NCBI GenBank assembly: GCA_947593955.1
Contig: CANQDV010000002.1
Coordinates: 1 to 59,294, forward strand
Source of the DNA: an uncultured Bacilli bacterium
Lineage (GTDB): Bacteria > Bacillota_I > Bacilli_A > RF39 > UBA660
Reading direction: 5' to 3'
Length of the DNA stretch: 59,294 bases
The position numbers and the translations under genes are program-made. Positions 40,301-49,079 of this stretch are shown here, piece by piece (within the stretch, counting starts at the first letter, position 1; every line of letters begins with the position of its first letter). Below the pieces are notes generated by a model. It saw nothing but the letters and a program-made list of their open reading frames with translations, was not told the DNA's origin and ran no database searches.

Positions 40301-40616
40301 AAAACTAGATGAACATTTGATTATATATATGTATGAAGAATGGTTTGAAAAACTTGCTAGGGAAAAGCATGTAGAAGAAGTAAGACAAACAAAGAATTCT
40401 ATTGAAATTTATTTTGATGAAGAACATTCTAAAAAAATTGATGGAGAAAAGATCTTTGAAGAAGCTTATAAAATTTCCAATATGTTTAGATTTATGTTTA
40501 AAGGGAACAGATTAATTGTAATATTAGATACTCTTAAATTAGACAAACATTACATATATTATTTAATTGACTTGTTAAATACTGTAGAGTTTTCTAGTGT
40601 TACAATTGACGATTAA
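37314..40616 (+). CDS. mfd: Transcription-repair coupling factor
   Basis: 1100 aa; CarD/RID region VGDYIVHNIHGIGVY, helicase motifs GDVGYGKTEVA, DEEQRFGV, TATPIPRT, QLYQIRGRVGR. Confidence 0.96.
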   Translation: MDDLDNLIIHNGTENMSLFGMTDEFFCLYIAKLSNLKNRNIVIITSTLFEANKIFNSLNNYCDNVQLFPCDDFLTNASIAISPELKITRLETINKLINNQKQIIITHLNSYLRFLPSKQVYKENIIKLKTGTEINRDELIKKLLDIGYTRETTVTRTGDISIRGFVIDIFPLESENAVRIEFFGDEIESIRYFDITTQKSIKTIDAIEIFPNSEFINGNNEADFDKKFNIVDNPSNISDYLDNPITIVKDYSQVESSYLKLEEDIFEYFSRNDIHLNKDIMFSLTKIPNTCILYNTFASDNVKFKNNKKIDFQVNTISQFHENVESIINYIKLNIKKGYTIVVCLKDYQIKSFIKFIDLEYHNVTKNDIMIGQLNIINKHLNEGFIYEHYIVLTEKELFDTNNNSKSKYKTNFKYATKIKSINNLSVGDYIVHNIHGIGVYNGIKTLTKNGLMKDYLELLYEGKDKLYIPVEKIELISKYTGKEGIVPKINKLGGSEWAKTKLRVRNKVREIAGDLIKLYALRQMQKGYAFHKDTELQEIFENEFQYELTPDQKIAINQIKADMESNSPMDRLLCGDVGYGKTEVAFRAMFKAVADSKQVLYLCPTTILSSQQYNNAIQRFKNFPVNIALLNRFTTNKQTKIILDDLSKGKIDILFGTHRILSNDIKPKDLGLLVIDEEQRFGVTHKEKIKQYKNNIDVLTLTATPIPRTLQMSMLGIRSLSLIETPPVNRYPVETYVIEENDLLVKDAIYKELSRNGQVFLLYNSVEKIESKTRQIAELVPDAKIVFAHGRMPKEELEDIMFKFIQHEYDVLACTTIIETGIDIPNTNTLIIFDADHFGLSQLYQIRGRVGRSDKIAYAYLMYNKNKVLTETAIKRLKVIKEFTELGSGFSIATRDLSIRGAGDILGSEQAGFIDNVGIDLYLKILNDEIKRLNGVEVEDDDVTDVKPLLEVETHIDDKYVEESELKIEIHKKINEIDSYEKLTEVKEELEDRFGKLDEHLIIYMYEEWFEKLAREKHVEEVRQTKNSIEIYFDEEHSKKIDGEKIFEEAYKISNMFRFMFKGNRLIVILDTLKLDKHYIYYLIDLLNTVEFSSVTIDD

Positions 40617-40667
40617 ACATATATTTGATATATTAATATATAGAAAAAAATGAAAATAGGTGTATAT

Positions 40668-41324
40668 ATGAATTTAGATATAAATGATATGTTTACAGAA
40701 CAAAATCGCAAAATATTTATTAATAAGTTAGGTTTAGATTTGGTGAACAATAGCAGTGCCTTTTCGTTATCAACAGCAAATATTGTAAAAATAGAAATTG
40801 CTAAATTGTTTTCATTTATAAAGCGAACTTATTCTAAATATGAAGTTAAGGCAGATATGGATATAATAAAAAAAATTTTATCCGAAACAAAAGATAGTAT
40901 TTTAGGCGATCTAGAAACTTTAATTTGTGATAGACAAGAAAAAAATAATAATTACCTTACTGAAAGTGAGACATCAGCAATAAATAAAAAATACATTAAT
41001 AATTATCATAAAGCGATTGATGAAAATGAAGAAGATTTTGAAAATGGTGTAAAATTGTCAGTTAGTGAAAATTCCAATGTAAGGCTTTATAACCAATTAA
41101 TAAACGCGTATCCTTGTAAAAATGAAAAAATGCAAAATGAAATATTTCAGCAAATTAATGTTGACTTCTCCAATAACATAATAAGAAGAATTATTGATGA
41201 AGGTAAGCATAGGTCAGGAACTTTAAAGAATATGTCATTAGAAACATATGCATATTATAAGGATTTAAACTCGAATACTAATACAGTAAAGAGTAGAGTA
41301 AAAGTAATGAAAAATGATTGTTAG
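40668..41324 (+). CDS. Hypothetical soluble protein (no recognisable motif)
   Basis: ORF from 40650; ATG 40668 lies 5-6 nt after AGGTG. 218 aa, Asn/Lys/Glu-rich. Occupies a slot between mfd and spoVT that is empty in the Bacillus map. Confidence 0.5.
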   Translation: MNLDINDMFTEQNRKIFINKLGLDLVNNSSAFSLSTANIVKIEIAKLFSFIKRTYSKYEVKADMDIIKKILSETKDSILGDLETLICDRQEKNNNYLTESETSAINKKYINNYHKAIDENEEDFENGVKLSVSENSNVRLYNQLINAYPCKNEKMQNEIFQQINVDFSNNIIRRIIDEGKHRSGTLKNMSLETYAYYKDLNSNTNTVKSRVKVMKNDC

Positions 41325-41325
41325 G

Positions 41326-41350
41326 AAAACTCATGAAAATGAGTTTTTTT
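41326..41350 (+). terminator. Intrinsic terminator
   Basis: AAAACUCAU-GAAA-AUGAGUUUU hairpin plus U-run. Confidence 0.75.
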
Positions 41351-41441
41351 AATTGTTAGCTATTGGTAAAATTTACCAAAGGAAATATACCCTTAAAAAT
41401 ATTATAATTTATGTGAAGAGAAAAATAATTATCTTTATTAG

Positions 41442-41470
41442 GTATAATTTTTTATTCATAACAAATACTA
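41442..41470 (+). promoter_or_regulatory. Possible forespore sigma-G/F-type promoter of spoVT
   Basis: GTATA - 17 nt - AATACTA, compared with the recalled sigma-G consensus GHATR-N17/18-CATXHTA (one mismatch). Confidence 0.3.
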
Positions 41471-41497
41471 AATTATGAAAGAAAGAGGGGAATTCCT

Positions 41498-42028
41498 ATG
41501 GAAACAACTGGTGTAGTAAGAAGAATTGATGATTTAGGTAGAATTGTTATACCTAAGGAAATAAGAAGAACTCTTGGCATAAAAGATGGTACCTCATTAG
41601 AGATATTTGTTGAAAAAGATATGGTAGCGCTAAAAAAACATTCTTCTATGAATAATTTATTACATTTTGCGGAGGTATATGTTGACTCCATATATAATTC
41701 TATTAAGAAAGATATAATAATAACTGATAGAGATAATGTTATAGCATGTGCTGGAGGAATAAAAAAAGAATATTTAAATAAGCCTATTAGCTCTTATTTA
41801 GAAGATTGTATTGAAAAAAGTAATATAATTGTTGAAAAAGAATTAAATAATATAAGTATAATACAAGGAAAACAAGAGGAATGTAGATATGTCATTAATA
41901 CTGTCATATCAAATGGCGAATCAATAGGAGCAGTTATAATGCTATCTTTTGATGATGCTATTGGTGATTTGGAAGAAAAAACCGTACAAATAGCTTCACA
42001 ATTTTTCGGAAAACATATTGAAGAATAA
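41498..42028 (+). CDS. spoVT: Stage V sporulation regulator SpoVT (AbrB-type N-domain + GAF-like C-domain)
   Basis: 176 aa; TGVVRRIDDLGRIVIPKEIRRTLGIKDG swapped-hairpin motif. Length and position after mfd are as for SpoVT. Confidence 0.88.
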   Translation: METTGVVRRIDDLGRIVIPKEIRRTLGIKDGTSLEIFVEKDMVALKKHSSMNNLLHFAEVYVDSIYNSIKKDIIITDRDNVIACAGGIKKEYLNKPISSYLEDCIEKSNIIVEKELNNISIIQGKQEECRYVINTVISNGESIGAVIMLSFDDAIGDLEEKTVQIASQFFGKHIEE

Positions 42029-42046
42029 TTATAATAATGGTATAAT
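42018..42046 (+). promoter_or_regulatory. Sigma-A promoter of the T-box/dut/metG operon
   Basis: TTGAAG - 17 nt (ending TGg) - TATAAT (42041-42046). Overlaps the spoVT stop. Confidence 0.6.
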
Positions 42047-42052
42047 TTAATA

Positions 42053-42283
42053 CATATTGATTATGACGTTGATGGAAAGAACTATAATTTAATATCATAG
42101 AGAACTTTTGATGGTGGAAAGAAAGTATAATTAATTATAGGAAATGGTTCCAGAGTCTTTTGGCTGATATTTAGGTCAATTCGTTTGCAAACGTTACAGG
42201 CAAAGAGTGCATAGATTTTTCTATGAAGTAAGGTGGTAACACGGTAATATTCGTCCTTAGAGATAATATTATCGTGTTTTTTT
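42053..42283 (+). promoter_or_regulatory. T-box riboswitch leader, Met (AUG) specifier
   Basis: Stem I with a GA motif (UGAUGGAAAGAAC), AGAGA bulge and distal loop. Specifier loop GGAA-AUG-G at 42144-42146. T-box AAGGUGGUAACACGG (42230-42244). 12-bp terminator 42240-42251/42265-42276 followed by U7. Confidence 0.85.
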
Positions 42284-42292
42284 GGAGGTATT

Positions 42293-42778
42293 ATGGCTAG
42301 ATTTTTTGAAAAAATTAGTTATGAGCAATTTACTAAGGATATATGTGATGACAAAGAATTATATCAAGGTTATAATTTGCCTAAAAGGAGTACAAAAAAT
42401 AGTGCTGGATATGATTTTTTTGCTATAACTAATTTAGTGTTACATAAGGGAGAAAGTATAAAAATTCCTACTGGTGTAAAAGTAGGTATGGATGATGATG
42501 AGGTATTATTAATTGTTGTAAGAAGTAGTATGGGATTTAAGTATAATATAAGGATGTGCAATCAAGTTGGAGTTATAGATAGTGATTATTATAATAATAT
42601 GAATAATGAAGGACATATTTGGATTAAATTACAAAATGAAGGAAACAGTGATTTTGAAATCAAACAAGGTGATGCTATTTGCCAAGGAATTTTTGTTAAA
42701 TATTTGACTGTTGATTATGAACAGACCAATGAAAACATAAGAACTGGTGGCATAGGATCCACTAATAGGGGTGATTAA
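42293..42778 (+). CDS. dut: dUTP diphosphatase (trimeric dUTPase family)
   Basis: 161 aa; motifs SAGYDFFA, GVIDSDYYN, C-terminal RTGGIGSTN. Confidence 0.8.
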   Translation: MARFFEKISYEQFTKDICDDKELYQGYNLPKRSTKNSAGYDFFAITNLVLHKGESIKIPTGVKVGMDDDEVLLIVVRSSMGFKYNIRMCNQVGVIDSDYYNNMNNEGHIWIKLQNEGNSDFEIKQGDAICQGIFVKYLTVDYEQTNENIRTGGIGSTNRGD

Positions 42779-42779
42779 A

Positions 42780-44324
42780 ATGGAAAAATATTATATAACT
42801 ACAGCCATAGCTTATACATCAGGGAAACCACATATAGGTAATACTTATGAAATCGTTTTAGCAGATGCAATTGCTAGATTTAAACGTCAAAAAGGTTATG
42901 ATGTTTATTTTCAAACGGGAACTGATGAGCATGGTGAAAAAATTGAATTAAAAGCAAAGGAAAAAGGTGTAACGCCTAAAGAATTTGTTGATGAAGTTGC
43001 TCAAGATATCAAAAGGATTTGGAATATTATGAACACTAGCTATGATAAGTTTGTAAGAACAACTGATCCGATACACGAGAGACAAGTTCAAAAAATATTT
43101 AAAAAAATGTATGACAAAGGTGATATATATTTAGGAAAATATGAGGGATTATATTGTACGCCATGTGAATCATTTTTTACAGAAAGCCAACTAGTTGATG
43201 GAAAATGTCCTGATTGTGGCAGAGAAGTAAAAAAGGCAAGCGAAGAAGCATATTTCTTTAAATTATCCAAATATCAAGATAGATTAGTTGAATACTATAA
43301 CACCCATCCTGACTTTATTAAGCCTGAATCTAGAAAAAATGAGATGATTAATAATTTTATCAAACCAGGGTTGCAAGATTTATGCATTTCTAGAACATCA
43401 TTTACTTGGGGAATACCAGTTGATTTTGATCCTAAACACGTTGTATATGTTTGGTTAGATGCTTTAACTAATTACATTACAAACATTGGGTATGATGTAG
43501 ATAATCCAAGTCCTGAATTTAAAAAATTATGGCCTGCTGATTTGCATTTAGTAGGTAAAGATATTATAAGATTTCATACAATTTATTGGCCTTGCTTTTT
43601 AATGTCTTTAGATATACCATTACCTAAACAAGTTTTTGGTCATCCATGGTTGTTATTCGGTAATGATAAAATGAGTAAATCTAAAGGGAATATTATGTAT
43701 GCCGATGATTTAGTCAATTATTTCGGAGTAGATGCTGTTCGATATTATGTTTTACACGAAATACCATATGCTAATGATGGTACTATTACTTATGATACTT
43801 TAATTGATAAAATAAATAGCGATCTTGCTAACATTTTAGGAAATTTAGTTAACAGAACCATTTCTATGGCTAATAAATATTTTGATGGTAAAGTAATAAA
43901 TACAAAATTAACAGAATCTTTGGATAAAGATTTATTAGATAGCATCGATTCTTTAGAAGGTAAAATAGAAGATAGAATGGACAGATTAGAAATTGGGGCA
44001 GCTATTGACGAAATATTTGAAGTATTAAGAAAAAGTAATAAATATATTGATGATACGACTCCATGGGTTTTATCTAAAGATGAAAATAGTAAAGATAGAT
44101 TAAAGACAGTTATATATAATTTACTTGAGGCCATTAGAGTTTGTTCTATTTCCTTAGAGCCATTTTTACCTAGTACAGCAGAAGAAATAAAAAGACAGTT
44201 AAATACTTCTGATATCAGTCCAAAATATAATCAAGAAAATATTTATAATACGATTACCCCAATGCCATTATTTGTACGTATAGATAAAGATGCAAAATTA
44301 AAAGGAATTGAGAATAAAGGTTAA
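42780..44324 (+). CDS. metG: Methionine--tRNA ligase (short form, no C-terminal tRNA-binding domain)
   Basis: ORF from 42771; ATG 42780 follows AGGGGTGA and the dut stop. KPHIGN (HIGH) and KMSKS motifs, Zn knuckle CTPCE...CPDCG. Confidence 0.95.
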   Translation: MEKYYITTAIAYTSGKPHIGNTYEIVLADAIARFKRQKGYDVYFQTGTDEHGEKIELKAKEKGVTPKEFVDEVAQDIKRIWNIMNTSYDKFVRTTDPIHERQVQKIFKKMYDKGDIYLGKYEGLYCTPCESFFTESQLVDGKCPDCGREVKKASEEAYFFKLSKYQDRLVEYYNTHPDFIKPESRKNEMINNFIKPGLQDLCISRTSFTWGIPVDFDPKHVVYVWLDALTNYITNIGYDVDNPSPEFKKLWPADLHLVGKDIIRFHTIYWPCFLMSLDIPLPKQVFGHPWLLFGNDKMSKSKGNIMYADDLVNYFGVDAVRYYVLHEIPYANDGTITYDTLIDKINSDLANILGNLVNRTISMANKYFDGKVINTKLTESLDKDLLDSIDSLEGKIEDRMDRLEIGAAIDEIFEVLRKSNKYIDDTTPWVLSKDENSKDRLKTVIYNLLEAIRVCSISLEPFLPSTAEEIKRQLNTSDISPKYNQENIYNTITPMPLFVRIDKDAKLKGIENKG

Positions 44325-44356
44325 TATTATAGAGTCTTATTGTAAAAGATAATATT

Positions 44357-44396
44357 AAGAGTGTTGACTTAATAAGTTAATGCTCTTTTATTTTTT
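44357..44396 (+). terminator. Probable terminator of metG
   Basis: AAGAG...CUCUU outer stem with inner UUGACUUA/UAAGUUAA pairing, followed by UUAUUUUUU. Confidence 0.55.
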
Positions 44397-44437
44397 AAGA
44401 AAAGGTTTTATATGATATAATTTTAATGGTGATTTTT

Positions 44438-45190
44438 ATGTTTATAGATACACATATGCATTTAGCAAGAAATGATGATATAGACTCTGTTATTAAAGAT
44501 AGTAAAAATAATAAGGTAGAGTACTTAATAATAAGTGGCTGTGATAAAGAGGGAATAAATGATGCCCTTGAAATTATTAGTAATTATGAAAATATTTATG
44601 CTACGATTGGATTTCATCCTAGTGAAGTAGATAAAGTAACTGATGACGATATTAGTTGGTTAAAAGATTTAATTACTAATAATAAAAAGATAGTTGGCTT
44701 AGGAGAAATAGGGTTAGACTACTATTATGGCAAGGAAAATAAAAGTGAACAATTGAATTTATTTGAAAAGCAACTATTTGTAGCAGAACAGTTAGATATT
44801 CCAGTAGTTATTCATACAAGAGATGCTTTCAAAGATACATATGATATGTTAAAAAAATTTAAAGTAAAAGGAGTTATTCATTGCTTTAATGGTAGTATGG
44901 AGGTCGCTAATTTATATATTAATTTAGGTTATTATTTAGGGATAGGAGGAGTTATTACATTTAAAAATAGCAAACTTAATGAAGTAATTGAGAATATTGA
45001 TTTATCGCATTTAGTTTTGGAAACAGACAGCCCTTATCTTTCTCCTGAACCTTATAGAGGTCAAACTAATTCTCCAAAAAATATCCCCATAATTGCGGAA
45101 AAAATTGCCAACATAAAAAAAGTTTGCACAGAAAAAGTGGAAAAGATTACCTCTAATAATGCGTGTCAAATATTTGACTTAAAAATATGA
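44438..45190 (+). CDS. tatD: TatD-family metal-dependent DNase/hydrolase (YabD)
   Basis: ORF from 44426. The MFIDTHMHL start is chosen by analogy with TatD N-termini. GEIGLDYY and HCF motifs. Confidence 0.9.
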   Translation: MFIDTHMHLARNDDIDSVIKDSKNNKVEYLIISGCDKEGINDALEIISNYENIYATIGFHPSEVDKVTDDDISWLKDLITNNKKIVGLGEIGLDYYYGKENKSEQLNLFEKQLFVAEQLDIPVVIHTRDAFKDTYDMLKKFKVKGVIHCFNGSMEVANLYINLGYYLGIGGVITFKNSKLNEVIENIDLSHLVLETDSPYLSPEPYRGQTNSPKNIPIIAEKIANIKKVCTEKVEKITSNNACQIFDLKI

Positions 45191-45227
45191 TTATGATATG
45201 ATTATTGCATAAAGATGAGGCGAAAAT

Positions 45228-45803
45228 ATGAAAAATATATTACGTATGGCCAGAAATCAATTATGTGTAATTGGCATACTTATTATAATGTTTTTTATAA
45301 TTATTAGTGGAAATCATAAAGAAGAGATAATTACTTATAATGTAAGCAGTATTAATTCAATTCAAGCAGTACATTTAGTATCAAAATATAATCCAGAAGT
45401 AGTAGAAACTATATATGCAAATAATATTAGTGAGGTATTACAATATGGTAGTAAAAATCCAGTAAAGTTTAATGGAACGATGACAGCTTATGGCCCAGAT
45501 TGTGTTGGATGTTCTGGAATAGTATCTTGTCCACCGAGAAATGATGTACGTAATGGAAATATTTATTTTAATGATAATGAGTATGGTCAGGTTAGAATTG
45601 TAGCTGCTGATAAAAGTATTCCATGTGGTACTATGGTGAAAGTTACTGGAGACAGATTAGGTGAGGAAATGACAGCTATTGTTTTAGACCGTGGGGGAGT
45701 TATTAATGGAACATTGATGGATTTATTAATGGTTAGCGAAAATGCTTCTAGTCCTTTTGGTAGACAATATGTAACTTATGAAATAGTTAGATGGGGATGG
45801 TAA
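45228..45803 (+). CDS. Membrane-anchored 3D-domain (RlpA-like barrel) cell-wall protein, YabE-like position
   Basis: 191 aa; N-terminal TM. GTMTAYGPDCVGCSG...RIVAADKSIPCGTMVKV...AIVLDRGG.I.G..MDLL resembles the 3D domain. Confidence 0.7.
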   Translation: MKNILRMARNQLCVIGILIIMFFIIISGNHKEEIITYNVSSINSIQAVHLVSKYNPEVVETIYANNISEVLQYGSKNPVKFNGTMTAYGPDCVGCSGIVSCPPRNDVRNGNIYFNDNEYGQVRIVAADKSIPCGTMVKVTGDRLGEEMTAIVLDRGGVINGTLMDLLMVSENASSPFGRQYVTYEIVRWGW

Positions 45804-45828
45804 ACTTGTATTTATACAAGTTTCTTTT
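45802..45828 (+). terminator. Intrinsic terminator
   Basis: AAACUUGUAU/AUACAAGUUU hairpin overlapping the stop codon, then CUUUU. Confidence 0.55.
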
Positions 45829-45842
45829 AATTAAGGAGGTTT

Positions 45843-46631
45843 ATGTTAGATCACAAATTTAAAAAGAAATACGGACAAAATTTTATAAAAGATAAATCTG
45901 TTATTCAGAAAATAGTTAACAGCATAGATATTGATAAAGATACTTTAGTTATAGAAATAGGGCCAGGATCAGGAGTATTAACCAAAGAATTAGTAAATTT
46001 AGCTGGCTATGTTATAGCGTATGAAATAGATACTGATTTAAAGAAAATTTTAGATGAAGAATTTACAAGTATAGACAATATAAAAATAATATACGAAGAT
46101 TTTTTAACAAGAAATGTGGAAAAAGATATTGAAGAGTTTAATTTCAAAAAGATATACGTTGTTGCTAATATTCCTTATTACATAACAACACCTATTATAA
46201 AAAAGATTATAGATGCAAAAATAGAAATAAGTAAAGTCGCTATAATGATTCAAAAGGAAGTAGGAGAAAGATTTACGGCACAGCCTAAATCAAGAAATTA
46301 TGGTTCAATTACTGTTTATTTAAATTACTATTTTAATGTAAGAAAGCTTTTTGTAGTTAGTAAAAATAGTTTTGTTCCTAAACCTAATGTTGATAGTATT
46401 GTTGTTTTATTTGAAAAAAAAGAGAATAAACCTGAAGTTAAAAATGAAGAATTACTATTGGAATTGATAAGAGACTCTTTTCAATATAAAAGAAAGAACT
46501 TGCGAAATAATTTAAAAAAATATGACTTAAATAAAGTTTTAAGCATTTTAGAGAAATATAATTTAGACTTAAATGTTAGAGCTGAAGAATTACCTTTAGA
46601 TATTTTCATAGATATTAGTAATAATTTATAA
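45843..46631 (+). CDS. rsmA: 16S rRNA (adenine1518/1519-N6)-dimethyltransferase
   Basis: 262 aa; KKYGQNFI, EIGPGSGVLT, NIPYYITT motifs. Confidence 0.95.
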   Translation: MLDHKFKKKYGQNFIKDKSVIQKIVNSIDIDKDTLVIEIGPGSGVLTKELVNLAGYVIAYEIDTDLKKILDEEFTSIDNIKIIYEDFLTRNVEKDIEEFNFKKIYVVANIPYYITTPIIKKIIDAKIEISKVAIMIQKEVGERFTAQPKSRNYGSITVYLNYYFNVRKLFVVSKNSFVPKPNVDSIVVLFEKKENKPEVKNEELLLELIRDSFQYKRKNLRNNLKKYDLNKVLSILEKYNLDLNVRAEELPLDIFIDISNNL

Positions 46632-46646
46632 TTATTGTTTAATTAC

Positions 46647-46674
46647 TTGCAAAAAATTTTGATTTATATATAAT
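46647..46674 (+). promoter_or_regulatory. Sigma-A promoter of acyltransferase gene
   Basis: TTGCAA - 16 nt - TATAAT. Confidence 0.5.
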
Positions 46675-46700
46675 TAAAATTGAAAATATGAGGTAAGGTA

Positions 46701-48935
46701 ATGAGCGATAGTAGTAAGTATTATAAAGATATTAGTTTAATAAGAGTAATTGCTTGTTTGGCAGTAATACTTTATCATTTAAATATATTAAATGGTGGTT
46801 ATTTAGCCGTTTGTTCTTTTTTTGTTTTGAGTGGATATTTATCTTGCATTTCCCTTTTTAAAAAAGAAAAAATATCTTTAAAAGAGTATTATATTCATTT
46901 AGTATTAAAAACATATTTACCGTTATTAATTGTTGTATTTTTAACAATTGCTTTTGTATCTTTTTTTCCATCTATAAAGTGGTTAAATTTAAAACCTGAG
47001 ACGACATCAGTTTTATTAAATTATAATAATTATTGGCAATTGAGCGCTAATTTAGATTATTTTGCTAGACATATCAATTCTCCGTTTATTCATTTATGGT
47101 ATATATCAATACTTATGCAATTTGATTTAGTTTTGCCTTTTGTGTTTATTGTTTTAAAAAAATTAGGAAATAAAATTCATAAAATAATTCCTTGTATTAT
47201 TACTTTAATATTATCTCTTACTAGTGCGTTCTTTTTCTATAAGTCAAGTATTAGTAGAGATTTAATGGTTACTTATTATGATACTTTTAGTAGAATTTTT
47301 TCTTTGCTATTTGGACTTACATTAGGTTTTATTCATTCATATTATAGATCATTATGTATAAAAAGTACTTTTAATAGTGTACTTAATAGAATAATATTTT
47401 TCTTGTATTTTATTATTCTAGTAGTATTATTTATATTTATTGATATCAATTCTTCTTATTGGTCTATTTGTATGATATTAGTAACTTTAATTACTTGTAG
47501 GTTAATAGATTATGGAACGATAAATACTACAAATAAATTATCAATAGTAGATAGTATTTTTAAATATTTATCAAAAATAAGTTATGGAATATATTTATTC
47601 CAGTATCCATTAATATTTATACTTAATTATTTTATTAAAGACAATTATGTAATATGCTTTAGTGTTATAGTACTAACTTTGCTTTTATCAGCATTATTAT
47701 ATTTTGGCTTAAACAAAAATACCAATAAATATTTAAATGTTATAAGGGGTATTATTTTTGTAATTGGGTTAGTAGCAATTGGATATGGAGGATTTCAATT
47801 TTATTTAGCGAAAGACTATACTGAAGAAATGAATTTGTTAAAAGAACAACTTGCTAATAATACTGAGATTTTTAAAAAACATCAAGAAGAATATTTATTA
47901 CAAAAAGAGCAAGAAGAATTAGATTGGCAAAAAGTTTTAGATGAATTAGAAATAGACGAGAACAATTTAAAAAATGTTGTTACTAATCTTCCTGTAATAG
48001 GTATAGGAGATTCTGTTATGTTAGGAGCGGTTGGTGGTTTGTATCAGCAGTTTCCTAATGGTTATTTTGATGCACAAATATCACGTACGGCTTGGGTAGT
48101 TAACGATATATTAAAAGATTTAAAAAGTAGGAATTTATTAAATGGACCGTTGATTTTAAATTTGGGTGCAAATGGGGATTGCTCTGAATACTGTAAGCAA
48201 GAAATAATTGCCACAGCTGGAGATAGAGAGATATTTTGGGTAAATACTACTAATGATAGTGAAGTATTTGTTAATGATGCCTTATTAACATTTGCTAATA
48301 AATATAATAATGTGCATATCATTGATTGGAATGCAGCTTCCAAGGGATATCCTGAATATTTTTATGCAGATGGCATTCATTTAACACCAAGCGGTGTAGA
48401 AGCATATACTAAAACAATATATGATGCCATTTATCAAGTATATTTTAATCAATATCAAAATAAAAAAGAAGAAGTTATAAAAGAACATGAAGCAAAAGAA
48501 AAGAATAGAATAAGTTTTTATGGAAATGATGTTTTGTTAAATATATTTGATTATATAAAAGAAGAATTTAGTGATGCCAATGTTATTATTGATTCAAAAT
48601 ATACGTACGAATCAATATATTCAGAAATTGAAAAAACTCTTAAAGAAGGAACGATAACAAATAAAATTGTTTTAGCATTTGATTCTACTATCGCTTTAAA
48701 TGTGATACAGTATAAGAATTTAATCAATTTATGCGGAGATAGAGAAGTATATATATTGTTATTTGATAAGCAAATAGTTAATGAGTTATCAAAACTAGTT
48801 AATAATAAAGTTAATATTATTGATTTTTCTAAGGTATTAAATGAAAATGGAGATTACTTAATGGTTGACGGAATTCATTTATCAAATAAAGGAAATCAAA
48901 AGTTAATAGAAGTCTTAAAGGATAGCATTTTATAA
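46701..48935 (+). CDS. OatA-like acyltransferase-3 membrane domain fused to tandem SGNH/GDSL domains
   Basis: 744 aa; about 10 TM helices at the N-terminus (IRVIACLAVILYH). First SGNH domain has GIGDSVMLGA ... DGIHLTPSG. Second SGNH-like domain has FYGNDVLL (no Ser) ... DGIHLSNKG. Confidence 0.75.
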   Translation: MSDSSKYYKDISLIRVIACLAVILYHLNILNGGYLAVCSFFVLSGYLSCISLFKKEKISLKEYYIHLVLKTYLPLLIVVFLTIAFVSFFPSIKWLNLKPETTSVLLNYNNYWQLSANLDYFARHINSPFIHLWYISILMQFDLVLPFVFIVLKKLGNKIHKIIPCIITLILSLTSAFFFYKSSISRDLMVTYYDTFSRIFSLLFGLTLGFIHSYYRSLCIKSTFNSVLNRIIFFLYFIILVVLFIFIDINSSYWSICMILVTLITCRLIDYGTINTTNKLSIVDSIFKYLSKISYGIYLFQYPLIFILNYFIKDNYVICFSVIVLTLLLSALLYFGLNKNTNKYLNVIRGIIFVIGLVAIGYGGFQFYLAKDYTEEMNLLKEQLANNTEIFKKHQEEYLLQKEQEELDWQKVLDELEIDENNLKNVVTNLPVIGIGDSVMLGAVGGLYQQFPNGYFDAQISRTAWVVNDILKDLKSRNLLNGPLILNLGANGDCSEYCKQEIIATAGDREIFWVNTTNDSEVFVNDALLTFANKYNNVHIIDWNAASKGYPEYFYADGIHLTPSGVEAYTKTIYDAIYQVYFNQYQNKKEEVIKEHEAKEKNRISFYGNDVLLNIFDYIKEEFSDANVIIDSKYTYESIYSEIEKTLKEGTITNKIVLAFDSTIALNVIQYKNLINLCGDREVYILLFDKQIVNELSKLVNNKVNIIDFSKVLNENGDYLMVDGIHLSNKGNQKLIEVLKDSIL

Positions 48936-49079
48936 TATTTTTTTGATTTATTCTAGTAGTGAATAAATCAAAAGATATAAAATTTTCTTTACATTATTAC
49001 TTTAATAATTTAAAATATTATTACTTTTTGAATTTTGCTTGATGATTTATTTAACTATGCCATAAAAGGAGTTGTTGTC

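Noticed and set aside
42111-42113. An AUG in the T-box leader first taken as the specifier codon.
   Set aside because: It lies in the distal loop/platform part of Stem I (UGAUGGUGGAAAG). The AUG at 42144-42146, on the 3' side of the specifier loop and followed by G, fits the canonical position.
48943-48971. Perfect 11-bp inverted repeat TTGATTTATTC-N7-GAATAAATCAA after the acyltransferase gene.
   Set aside because: There is no 3' U-tract on either strand, so it is not a convincing intrinsic terminator. It could be an RNA-stabilising hairpin or an operator, but nothing else supports a call.
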